Of a stretch of DNA of 64,000 nucleotides, positions 25,370-34,171 are shown piece after piece; within the stretch, counting starts at the first letter, position 1; each line of letters starts with the position of its first letter. The DNA comes from Klebsiella phage N1M2, in the sequence record MN642089.1; one strand, written 5' to 3'. Under the pieces are notes generated by a model. That model worked only from the letters and a program-made list of their open reading frames with translations. It ran no database searches and had not been told where the DNA came from. The translations under genes and the position numbers were made by a program.

Positions 25370-25403
25370 CTAACTAGGACTGGTTAACACCAGTCCTAGT
25401 TAA
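25370..25403 (+). terminator. hairpin terminator
   Basis: 14-bp perfect stem 'ttaactaggactgg'/'ccagtcctagttaa' + T-rich tail. Confidence 0.7.
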
Positions 25404-25426
25404 CCTATGTTTATTTGGAGAAACCA

Positions 25427-26149
25427 ATGAACTTTGAAAGCAGTATCATCTTCACTGAAGGTCCGTTACAGGTAACTTTAAAAGGTCTGTATCCGACAAA
25501 AGGTAAGAAAAGGGAAAAACTAATTATCGATCATGTAGGACATCCTGTAATAGAGTGGTCGGTAGAAGGAGAAGGGTTGGAACCAATCAGTAGCCGCCAA
25601 ACTGTTATTCGTGCTTTAGGTGTCTGTGCTAATGACATGTTTAATGGATTCCCTGAATGTCATAAGGACTATAAACGTTCTTGGCATATGTTGATTCAGA
25701 AGTTAGGTAAACGTTCTTATGCTTCAACTCTACAGGCCGAACTTGATCGTTATCGTTCAGAAATGAAACCATCTTATCATTCCGAGCCGACATTCAAAGT
25801 GAGGGAAAGAGATGCTGTTATTACTCTGTTTAAACCTGATACGGGCGACGATGAATTTAAACTCAGCTTTAAGGTTAGCAAACCAAGTCACTACAGTGTG
25901 CACGGTAATATCGCGATCCGTTGCAATGGGGTTATTCGCCGTATTACTTACGCTCGTGATTTTGGGGTAGATAACATTCCTTACTTACTCAACCAAATTA
26001 AAGAGTGGTTGGATATCGCCGCTGAATCACATCGTTTAGATAAATCGCGTGTCAACATTATGTTGAACAACATAGAAGGTTATCTGAACAAGAAAGAACC
26101 AGCAATTAATTACTTGCTTAGCAATCTTAATGCTGGCAATAATCTATAG
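25427..26149 (+). CDS. hypothetical protein (240 aa)
   Basis: GGAG RBS 6 nt upstream of ATG; ends just before ligase start. Confidence 0.5.
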   Translation: MNFESSIIFTEGPLQVTLKGLYPTKGKKREKLIIDHVGHPVIEWSVEGEGLEPISSRQTVIRALGVCANDMFNGFPECHKDYKRSWHMLIQKLGKRSYASTLQAELDRYRSEMKPSYHSEPTFKVRERDAVITLFKPDTGDDEFKLSFKVSKPSHYSVHGNIAIRCNGVIRRITYARDFGVDNIPYLLNQIKEWLDIAAESHRLDKSRVNIMLNNIEGYLNKKEPAINYLLSNLNAGNNL

Positions 26150-26156
26150 GTTAAAT

Positions 26157-28130
26157 ATGGATACTGAAAAATTACGTCGTATACTTGATTTGGAAGCTAA
26201 GATCAAATATCACGATTACATGTACTTCAATCAAGACATGCCAGTTATCTCTGATGCTGAGTATGATGATCTGGTTAGAGAATATAAAGAACTTCTTGAA
26301 CAGGTGCCTGATTATAAATCTCAACTGCGTGTTGGGTTTGTTGAAGTCGATTCTAAACTTTCTACTGTGGAAATCACTGAACCAATGATTTCTATTAGTA
26401 AGAAGAAAACCCCTAAGGACTTTAAAGTATGGATAGCAAGAAATGCTCATGCCAATGAAGTCTACGAAGATAAGCTCGATGGTGTTGCAATACGTCTTGT
26501 ATACACTAACGGCGTGCTTACTGCTGGTCATACCCGTGGTCGTGGAGATATAGGTGAAGATGTAACTCACCGCATGGGTCTGGTTGTTAATATCCCAACT
26601 GAAATTGAAGCTTATAAAGGTTTCGAGAAACGTACAGTTACTGGTGAATGTTTCTGTTTGTTCACAGACTTTGACGAGTATTTAAAACGTCACAGTTTAG
26701 ACCCTAAAGAAACCGACACCCGTTCCCTGGTCTCTGGCTTACTTCGCCGTCAAACACCTGGTGACCGTGAAGACCTACCTATTCAGTTCAAGGTATATAA
26801 CACAGACCTGGAAACTCGTAAAGGCTTTAAGACCTACGATGAACTAATGGGGCATCTTTGTTCTATTGGGTTCGATATCCCTAAACGGTTCACTGAACAA
26901 GAAGTTGAAGAAATGTTATCTTTAGCTTCTAAACCTGTTGGGGAATATCCTATCGACGGGATAGTGGTTAAGATTAACGATCTTCGTGAGTGGGAGAAAG
27001 AACAAACTGGCGAGTATTATACTTATGCCACTTGTTATAAGTTCCCCACATTAAGTTATGAAACTAAAGTCACTGGGATTGATTGGTCTTTAAGTAATGA
27101 AGGTCAATTGATCGGTACATTGATGTACGAATCAGTTGAGTATGATGGAACCAAACTTACACGTTGTAAGTTGGATTACGCAGGAAGTTATTTCGAGAAA
27201 GGGTTGCGAATGGGATCTATCATTCGTATCACCAAGGCTAATGAAATCATTCCTAACTTAGTAGGATTGGTTGACCCAGGTGATGGTGAACGTTTGCACT
27301 ATCCTGAGAACTGTCCTTTCTGTAACAAACCTGTTGAATATTATCAGCTATATGGAACAGCTTATTGTAAGAACGATAGTTGTGAAGGTCAGCTGATAAA
27401 ACAACTTACACGTTTAGTTTCTAAACAAGGTCTGAATATCAAAGGTCTTGGAGATGAACGTGTTCAATCGTTAGTAGATAACGGGTTCTTATCTCAACCT
27501 GCAGATCTGTTTAAACTAACAGAATCTGATTTCATTAACTCTGGTATTGGTAAAGGTGATGCGGAAAATATCCTCAATCAAATCAGTCGGGCTTCTGACC
27601 GGGATATTGTCCATTGGTTATTTGGTCTGGCTATCCCTGGACTTGGACTCGTACGTGCTGCGGATATTAGCAATCTGGCTGCGACCAACGGGTTAAATGA
27701 TGGCTTGCAGTTACACGATGCCAAGTCATTCGTAACGGTACTCAGTGACGCCAAATACATGTCCGACATGTTTGGTCTCGATGGGTTACCTATGGTAACC
27801 CATGTTAAGAAACATGCTGATGAAATATTGGACTTCTTAAGTCATTATGATTTTAACAGGCAGAGTGTTGTTAAAGAAGTTGGGATTCCAATTGCTATTA
27901 CTGGTGCTTGGGCTGCCCTACCTCGTAGCATGATGGAAGAAGGTTTGGCTAATGCTGGATATACAGTAACTGATTCTGTTACTAAGAGTTCTAAGTGTTT
28001 GTTGATTGGTGACAAACCAGGAGCTTCCAAACTAGAGAAAGCAAACCGGTACGGTATCCCTAAGTACAACATTACTCAGGTTCATACCATGAATGGCTTA
28101 ATCGCTTTAATTGAAAGTAAACCACAGTAA
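26157..28130 (+). CDS. ligA: NAD-dependent DNA ligase
   Basis: Adenylation motif 'EDKLDGVAIRLVY' (KxDG), Zn-finger 'CPFCNKP...YCKNDSCEGQ', HhH and C-terminal BRCT-like region; N-terminus 'ISDAEYDDL' as in LigA. Confidence 0.85.
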   Translation: MDTEKLRRILDLEAKIKYHDYMYFNQDMPVISDAEYDDLVREYKELLEQVPDYKSQLRVGFVEVDSKLSTVEITEPMISISKKKTPKDFKVWIARNAHANEVYEDKLDGVAIRLVYTNGVLTAGHTRGRGDIGEDVTHRMGLVVNIPTEIEAYKGFEKRTVTGECFCLFTDFDEYLKRHSLDPKETDTRSLVSGLLRRQTPGDREDLPIQFKVYNTDLETRKGFKTYDELMGHLCSIGFDIPKRFTEQEVEEMLSLASKPVGEYPIDGIVVKINDLREWEKEQTGEYYTYATCYKFPTLSYETKVTGIDWSLSNEGQLIGTLMYESVEYDGTKLTRCKLDYAGSYFEKGLRMGSIIRITKANEIIPNLVGLVDPGDGERLHYPENCPFCNKPVEYYQLYGTAYCKNDSCEGQLIKQLTRLVSKQGLNIKGLGDERVQSLVDNGFLSQPADLFKLTESDFINSGIGKGDAENILNQISRASDRDIVHWLFGLAIPGLGLVRAADISNLAATNGLNDGLQLHDAKSFVTVLSDAKYMSDMFGLDGLPMVTHVKKHADEILDFLSHYDFNRQSVVKEVGIPIAITGAWAALPRSMMEEGLANAGYTVTDSVTKSSKCLLIGDKPGASKLEKANRYGIPKYNITQVHTMNGLIALIESKPQ

Positions 28131-28135
28131 TGATT

Positions 28136-28157
28136 AGGAGAGGGGAAACTCTCTCCT
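28136..28157 (+). terminator. hairpin terminator
   Basis: 'aggagag'...'ctctcct' + tttttgttt. Confidence 0.55.
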
Positions 28158-28189
28158 ACATTTTTGTTTATATAACTGGAGATAATAAA

Positions 28190-28513
28190 ATGGTTTCAAC
28201 TATAGCTAAAACTATCCTGACCTTTAAACGCCGTATGGGCGAAGCTACCATTTCTGTTATTGAAGAAATTGTGGAACGTCACGATGGTATTATGTTAATC
28301 AACATGAACTCCCATTCCGTTGAACTGGCATGTGATACAAGCCTCACTAATGATATCAACAGCATTGTCCGTCAGATTGCTGACCGTCAACGTGTTCGTA
28401 TCGACCGTGTTTGGTTTGATGAAGCCAGCAACACTACTTATGTTCCATTTATTTCTATTGTTGACTCCGGTCTTCAGGGAACTGCAGCCAATAAGATTAA
28501 GGAACTGTTCTAA
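28190..28513 (+). CDS. hypothetical protein (107 aa)
   Basis: RBS 'ggagataataaaATG' after ligase terminator. Confidence 0.45.
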   Translation: MVSTIAKTILTFKRRMGEATISVIEEIVERHDGIMLINMNSHSVELACDTSLTNDINSIVRQIADRQRVRIDRVWFDEASNTTYVPFISIVDSGLQGTAANKIKELF

Positions 28514-29088
28514 TGTTAGTAGCTAATGGAAATGATTGGCACTTTGGTCCTGATGTTACCATTTGTCAAACCCACCAAACAGTAAAACGTAATCTGGGTA
28601 GTGGCGAATACAGTGATGATATCTATGGTTCTAAAATCATCACCTCGGAAGGTGGGACCTCTATCAAAATCAACAACCCTAAAGAACCAAATATCGAAAT
28701 GAGTTTGGTTAATATTCTCAAACTTCATAAACAGCAATGCGATTATTTTGCTGTGATTGTTCCTGGTGAATATAGTCCAATCCCTCAAACTCTCACTGAT
28801 ATCCTGGTTTATCTGGGCGAAGAACCACATTCCCATATTCGTGGTTGGTCTCCTATCGTATTCATTGACGGTCACTGGGAGCATTGTGAGAACGGTCTCC
28901 GGTTTACTCTCGAACGTAAGTATGGGGGTGGTTGGTTTACCCGTATAACCGCTACTAAAGAACACGACAGAATTAAACCTAATAACGGCTGCCAGTTCCT
29001 GACAACCAGTTCTGATATCAGAACACTGTTCTCCACTACTGTAGCACCAGTTAGCTTTGAAGATGTGAAACGTCTATACGACATGTAA
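28513..29088 (+). CDS. hypothetical protein (191 aa)
   Basis: ATGTTAG start overlapping previous stop; strong terminator downstream. Confidence 0.5.
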   Translation: MLVANGNDWHFGPDVTICQTHQTVKRNLGSGEYSDDIYGSKIITSEGGTSIKINNPKEPNIEMSLVNILKLHKQQCDYFAVIVPGEYSPIPQTLTDILVYLGEEPHSHIRGWSPIVFIDGHWEHCENGLRFTLERKYGGGWFTRITATKEHDRIKPNNGCQFLTTSSDIRTLFSTTVAPVSFEDVKRLYDM

Positions 29089-29094
29089 CGGAGT

Positions 29095-29122
29095 ACCTAG
29101 AGAGGGAATTCCCTCTCTAGGA
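29095..29122 (+). terminator. hairpin terminator
   Basis: 12-bp palindrome 'tcctagagaggg-aatt-ccctctctagga' + T-rich tail. Confidence 0.7.
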
Positions 29123-29190
29123 CTTTATATTGTTTATTTTTATTACACGTTAAATACTAAGTACGGAGTTTAATATCCTGGAGAAAATGT

Positions 29191-29712
29191 GTGGTCTATG
29201 AGATATTTACTGATGGTAGTTGTTTAGACAACAACCCAGCAGGTGGTCCAGGTGGATTAGCTTGGGTTGCTACTTACGGAGATATCCGAGCTGAACATAG
29301 CAGAGGGTTCTTTAAATCAACTAACAACCGAATGGAGATTATGGCGGTAGTGGATGCTTTATCTAGCATTCAAGAAAAGTCTGTTGTTAAGATTTATACT
29401 GATAGTCAATACACTATTGATGGTGCTACAAAGTGGGTGTGGGGCTGGATTAAAAATGGATGGGTAAGAAAGACCCAATTTGGTGCGACCGAAGATGTTA
29501 AGAACAAAGATCTGTTCCAACGTCTTCATGCACTCACTCGCTTTCATAAAGTTGAATTCATTAAAGTAAAGGCGCACTGTGGTATTCCTGATAACGAACG
29601 TTGTGATGTGTTAGCTAAATTAGCAGCCGCAAATCCCAACGAAATAGATGAAGGATTTATCCCCACAGTGAAAGATCCAAACAAACCAAAGTTTAATTAT
29701 TGGCGTAAATAA
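29191..29712 (+). CDS. rnhA: ribonuclease H (RNase HI type)
   Basis: 'MVYEIFTDGSCLDNNPAGGPGG', 'MEIMAVVDAL', 'KIYTDSQY', 'GWIKNGW' conserved RNase H motifs; GTG start with GGAG RBS. Confidence 0.85.
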   Translation: MVYEIFTDGSCLDNNPAGGPGGLAWVATYGDIRAEHSRGFFKSTNNRMEIMAVVDALSSIQEKSVVKIYTDSQYTIDGATKWVWGWIKNGWVRKTQFGATEDVKNKDLFQRLHALTRFHKVEFIKVKAHCGIPDNERCDVLAKLAAANPNEIDEGFIPTVKDPNKPKFNYWRK

Positions 29713-29762
29713 AGGATAATATGAGAAGGACGCTGGGTAATGCCTTCGTCCTTTATCCTTTC
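29711..29762 (+). terminator. compound hairpin terminator
   Basis: outer 'aaaggataa'/'ttatccttt', inner 'aaggacg'/'cgtcctt'. Confidence 0.5.
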
Positions 29763-29781
29763 TTATATAAGTGAGTTAAAC

Positions 29782-31539
29782 ATGCAATTAGTTTTCTCTG
29801 TGTTCCCAGGTGGTGGAAAATCCACTATCTGTAATCGTGCTGGGCAGTATGGGATGAAACATGTTGGTGTTTCTGCTGAAGGCTTTGTTGAGCCAGTACC
29901 GGTCCCTGCTGGAACTGTTCCAGTATTTGATTCAGATAGTTCTTTATTCGATAAAGAATATTTTCCAGGTAATTATGTCGAACACATTAAGGAAGTTCTT
30001 AGTAACTACCCTAATGTTGTCATCATGGTGTCTAGCCATGACAACGTCCGTAAGGCTATGGCCGAAGCGGGTATCCCGTACACTCTTGTTTATCCACAGC
30101 GTGAACTCAAGGGTGAATACCTAGAACGTTATGAAGGACGTGGTTCTCCAGAAGCGTTTGTTAACATGATGGACAATAAGTGGAACGACTTTATCGATTC
30201 CTCTGAGTCAGATCCTACTCAGGATCGCATCGTTTTATCCGAGGGGGAATATCTCGTGGATAGAATTTCTGATCGTATTAAACAAGCTGTTGAAGCAGCC
30301 CAAGAAACTCCAGTTGTTGCTGATCCAGTTGAAACTACCGCAGCTATTGTTGATGTTGTTGCTGATTTTCAAGACCCAGTGCAAATTCCTGCTGAACCTG
30401 ATGGTGGTGTCGTTGTCGCTGTTCTGGATACTCCAGAGACTGGCGATGGTGCAACTGTAGATGCACCAGGTAATGTTGATGGTCAGCCGGCTGTAGATGC
30501 ATCTACCGTTGACGATTCAGCTTTAGGCCCTCAGGATCCAGCTGAACCAACTCCAGTTACTGATGATCGTTATGAGATGATCGAAGCTAAATTCGATATG
30601 CAGAATGATATCGAAATGCTGGATAAAGTTATCGTAGTTGCCAAAGATCCAGAACAAGCTGGATTTGAATCACTGGCGGATAATAGTGAGATGATGGTTT
30701 CCATCGCTACTGACATCAAAGATCGCTATGACGTCGAAGTAGAACCTACCGTTTCCGGTATGGAAGGATTCGTTGAAACTCTGAAAGAAGCCTATGACAA
30801 ACTCAAAGAGAAAGTCAAAGGTATTCCTTCTAAGAAGGTCAACGCTCAGATCATCAAAAACATGGAAGATGCTGGTAAACAATTCGCTGAATATGACAGT
30901 GAAGAGTGGCAGTCAGAGCAGAAGTTTAAGAACGTAGGTAAGGTTAAACTCCAAACCCCTAAAGCGTTCAATGAAGTCAACTCTATCTCTGATGTTAAAA
31001 CCATCATTAAGATGACTACTCAGCGTGCAGTAGATATCTATGATCGTCACCACACCAACGCTCAAGCTCGTCTGGTCCCAGCAATGAAAGTATTCAATGC
31101 TTTCAAAGATAAACCTGCTGATACCCCGATCTCTGAAGTTGATGAAATGCTTCCGATCAAACCTGATCTGCTGACAGGTGGTCTAGTTGATTCCGGCGTT
31201 AAGGATTTCGATACCACTCTCGAACCTGTAGAACTTCCGGTCTTAACGAAAGCTGATATCAAAGAAGCAAAAGGTATCATTGATTATATCCTTGATACTC
31301 AGATCTACTTCATTCATGAAGAAGAGAAGTATTACGATCATTCTGCTGATGAAGATGCTTTCTTTAATAGCAAGTTCTGGGATGCGCATCTTAAGTCAGA
31401 ACAAGCTAAACAAGTTTGGAATGCCACCGAGTATCATTCTGTCATCGATCAGATGGATGAAATCGAAGACACTTACCGTGACAAAGTTCTTAATGTCGCT
31501 AAGTTCCTGCAACGTTGGGTGCTGTCTTCCATTAAGTAA
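29782..31539 (+). CDS. P-loop kinase-like N-terminal domain + acidic low-complexity linker + C-terminal domain of unknown function
   Basis: 'LVFSVFPGGGKSTI' Walker A followed by 'VFDSDSS' (PNK/AAA_33-like); 'PVVADPVETTAAIVDVVADFQDPVQ...DGQPAVDASTVDD' acidic repeats; highly optimised codons. Confidence 0.55.
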   Translation: MQLVFSVFPGGGKSTICNRAGQYGMKHVGVSAEGFVEPVPVPAGTVPVFDSDSSLFDKEYFPGNYVEHIKEVLSNYPNVVIMVSSHDNVRKAMAEAGIPYTLVYPQRELKGEYLERYEGRGSPEAFVNMMDNKWNDFIDSSESDPTQDRIVLSEGEYLVDRISDRIKQAVEAAQETPVVADPVETTAAIVDVVADFQDPVQIPAEPDGGVVVAVLDTPETGDGATVDAPGNVDGQPAVDASTVDDSALGPQDPAEPTPVTDDRYEMIEAKFDMQNDIEMLDKVIVVAKDPEQAGFESLADNSEMMVSIATDIKDRYDVEVEPTVSGMEGFVETLKEAYDKLKEKVKGIPSKKVNAQIIKNMEDAGKQFAEYDSEEWQSEQKFKNVGKVKLQTPKAFNEVNSISDVKTIIKMTTQRAVDIYDRHHTNAQARLVPAMKVFNAFKDKPADTPISEVDEMLPIKPDLLTGGLVDSGVKDFDTTLEPVELPVLTKADIKEAKGIIDYILDTQIYFIHEEEKYYDHSADEDAFFNSKFWDAHLKSEQAKQVWNATEYHSVIDQMDEIEDTYRDKVLNVAKFLQRWVLSSIK

Positions 31540-31562
31540 TTCGTAAAACAAAACTAAGATAG

Positions 31563-31593
31563 GGAATAGATGGGGGAAACCCTGTCTATTCCT
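31563..31593 (+). terminator. hairpin terminator
   Basis: 'ggaataga..ggg-gaaa-ccc..tctattcc' + T-rich. Confidence 0.6.
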
Positions 31594-31675
31594 ACTTTGT
31601 TGTCTATTTGCAAAGTCTGAAAATACCGAGCCTAATTGCTCCGTTAAAATCACGCTTATTAAGGAAATATTTTAA

Positions 31676-32989
31676 ATGTCTCGTACTTCCGATATTCGTC
31701 ACTACATGGTTTCTCAGTACCCGTATATGTCTTATAGTCAAATGCTTGGTCAGGTTAAACGCATCCAAGACGAATTCAAAGTAGAAATAAATAAGGGTAA
31801 TGAAGTTGGTGACAGTTACACCTATGGTCTTATTGGCGACTCTTATGGTCGCGTTATGTTTAAGATCAAATCCAATACTGAATTTAGTGCTTTAGATGCG
31901 GATGCCAATTTCACGGCCTCTAATCTGAATGCATTCATCATCGAGTTGGAAGCACTTGTCAAACTAAATAAAGAAGGTCACTTCTATGACATGATCATTC
32001 CGCGTACTGGGGATATCATGTATGCTTTTGGTAACAACCTGGAAGACATCGCTAACTTGAACGCAATGCTTTATTCTTACCTGACTCGCCGCCACGCTAA
32101 CCGCGGTCGTAAGGGTTCGGATAACGATATTAAATTTAAGATGAAGTTCACTGAAGGGGCCATCGGTGAATTCTGGGTGAGAAACATTGAGTTCACAGAC
32201 AAGATGGTTTCTTTCAAAGTAGGTTGTGAGTTTGAAATTATCCATAATGCATTTAAGAGCATGTATGATTTTGTAATTGTCACGCCTGCTCTGGGTCAGG
32301 CAGTTAATCCGATCAAAGCCCTGAAAGAAAAGGAAGTTAAACCTAAGAAGGAAAAGAAAGCTATCAATACTTTTGACGAACTAGTCAATGATATTGCTAA
32401 CGAACCTAAATTATGTATTTCTAAATTCTTAGCAGTGAAGATGCTAGAAACTGGAATTAGAAGTTTAGGTAAAACTGAAGGATTAGTTAATGTAGGAAAC
32501 GTTAGTCATGCTGGGATTCAATTTGAATTGAGAAAATACGGTCAAGAAGGACCGATGATGCTCTATGTGGAAGTTGATGAGAATCTAGTATTTAGTGCTT
32601 CCATTATTAGTTTCAAACGCATCAGCAATGACATGGATAAATCAGTTACAGCAAAACAGATCACTGAGCAATCGATTATTCGTCATGACTTCATGGAATG
32701 GCTGGAGGAGTACGTTGGTGATGATTACATCCACAATGTATGTAAATGGCTGGCTGGTAAGGAAAGCGGTGTAGCTGGTGCCGTTAATAGCGAATATCAA
32801 TGGGACCAGTACACCTATGGTGACTTCAGTATTTTGATTGAAGTATCTCCTAGTGGTGGGTTTGACGTCACTGTTAAATGTGATGACACTACTGTTGCCT
32901 CCCCGTTCCCGTTTGAGATGGAACATGTGGTGGAAACATTAAAGCCTCGTGGTTTCTTAACTCGTCTACTTTCTGTATTCTCCTGGTAA
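31676..32989 (+). CDS. hypothetical protein (437 aa), codon-optimised
   Basis: RBS 'ttaaggaaatattttaaATG'; flanked by strong terminators. Confidence 0.55.
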   Translation: MSRTSDIRHYMVSQYPYMSYSQMLGQVKRIQDEFKVEINKGNEVGDSYTYGLIGDSYGRVMFKIKSNTEFSALDADANFTASNLNAFIIELEALVKLNKEGHFYDMIIPRTGDIMYAFGNNLEDIANLNAMLYSYLTRRHANRGRKGSDNDIKFKMKFTEGAIGEFWVRNIEFTDKMVSFKVGCEFEIIHNAFKSMYDFVIVTPALGQAVNPIKALKEKEVKPKKEKKAINTFDELVNDIANEPKLCISKFLAVKMLETGIRSLGKTEGLVNVGNVSHAGIQFELRKYGQEGPMMLYVEVDENLVFSASIISFKRISNDMDKSVTAKQITEQSIIRHDFMEWLEEYVGDDYIHNVCKWLAGKESGVAGAVNSEYQWDQYTYGDFSILIEVSPSGGFDVTVKCDDTTVASPFPFEMEHVVETLKPRGFLTRLLSVFSW

Positions 32990-32996
32990 TATAATT

Positions 32997-33024
32997 CCTA
33001 ACACTTCCGCAAGGGAGTGTTAGG
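32997..33024 (+). terminator. hairpin terminator with GCAA tetraloop
   Basis: 'cctaacacttcc'-gcaa-'gggagtgttagg' + long T-run. Confidence 0.7.
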
Positions 33025-33039
33025 GTTATTATCTTATTT

Positions 33040-33131
33040 TTTATTTTGCATTTGCATATAAGTTTAAGCAGATATTATCACAGTGTAGAAGTTAGAACAA
33101 TTTTTCATACACTTATAGAAGGAATTAAAAT
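33040..33131 (+). promoter_or_regulatory. conserved promoter/5'-leader module (copy 2 of 3)
   Basis: TTTGCA-16-TATTAT then 'cagtgtagaag...aacaatttttca..acttatagaagga'. Confidence 0.45.
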
Positions 33132-33878
33132 ATGTTTAATCAAGCAACTATCGAACAACTGGGTTACTACGTTTACTCCCTGACTGATCCACGTACCAAT
33201 AAAGTTTTCTACATTGGTAAAGGTTGCGGACAACGTGTTTATATGCACGTTCAGGACGCAGTTAAATCCCCACGTAAATCTGACAAGCTGGACACCATTC
33301 GTGATATTCACGCTGCTGGTTTAGAAGTTGAACATTGTATTATCCGTCACGGTATGTCTGAAGAAGCCGCTTTTGAAGTAGAAGCCGCCATGATCGACAT
33401 GCATCTAGATCTTACTAACATTGTTAAAGGTCATGGTGTTTATCGTGGACCTCAGTCTGCAGAAGAATTAGATATTCGTTATGCGGCTGAAGAAGCCGAC
33501 TTTGGTGATCTGAAAGTCATGATGATTAAGATCAACAATACTTATGGTAAAATGGATACTTGGGACGCTACTCGTTTTGCATGGACTGTTAATCCTAATG
33601 TTGCCATGTGTGCTGATGTAGTTGTTGGTGTAGCCAATGGTATTATCCGTGGCGTGTACATTCCAGAAGGTTGGGTTAAATCCATTATGGAAGAAGAACC
33701 TGAACTGTATGCTTACCACAATCTTACTCAGAAAGACCATAAGAACCGTAAAGTACTGGTTGGTCATCCAGCCCCTGCAGAACTGCAAGAACGTCTGTTA
33801 AACAAACAGATCCCAGCTGAATACTCCATGAAGGGTACTCAAATATCTTTCCGTTACAACTTTGTAAAAAGGAAGTAA
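33132..33878 (+). CDS. GIY-YIG family endonuclease (homing-endonuclease-like) with C-terminal domain of unknown function
   Basis: 'GYYVYSLTDPRTNKVFYIGKGCGQRVYMH' GIY-YIG core with downstream conserved Arg/Glu. Confidence 0.7.
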   Translation: MFNQATIEQLGYYVYSLTDPRTNKVFYIGKGCGQRVYMHVQDAVKSPRKSDKLDTIRDIHAAGLEVEHCIIRHGMSEEAAFEVEAAMIDMHLDLTNIVKGHGVYRGPQSAEELDIRYAAEEADFGDLKVMMIKINNTYGKMDTWDATRFAWTVNPNVAMCADVVVGVANGIIRGVYIPEGWVKSIMEEEPELYAYHNLTQKDHKNRKVLVGHPAPAELQERLLNKQIPAEYSMKGTQISFRYNFVKRK

Positions 33879-34171
33879 TGATTATGTCAATGGCACCAAC
33901 TCACAATGTCGATAAGATATCGAAAGCTTTGCTGCCGGTCGTTATTAAAGAAATTAACAAACGTACCAAAGAAACATCTGGTCGTGAAGTAGCAAAAGAG
34001 TTAGGAATCAGCACCAACACTATTAGTCGACTTAAGAACTACGGCGGGTTAAACATCTCCCTAGATACCATCATTGGCATTTATGTCAAACTAGGCGGAA
34101 CAGTAACCATTTCCGGAACGTTGGGTAATAAGAAAACACAAGCAGAATTTGGAGCGAAACAACATGGCTAA
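33878..34171 (+). CDS. XRE-family HTH DNA-binding protein (97 aa)
   Basis: 'SGREVAKELGISTNTISRLKNYG' HTH; TAATG coupling to GIY-YIG gene. Confidence 0.55.
   Translation: MIMSMAPTHNVDKISKALLPVVIKEINKRTKETSGREVAKELGISTNTISRLKNYGGLNISLDTIIGIYVKLGGTVTISGTLGNKKTQAEFGAKQHG

Noticed and set aside
29740-29781. Upstream start (29740) for the kinase-like gene and 26130 for the ligase
   Set aside because: These extensions run into the terminator hairpin (29711-29762) or the preceding gene. The conserved N-termini begin at 29782 (MQLVFSVFPGGGKST) and 26157 (MDTEKLRR...ISDAEYDDL).
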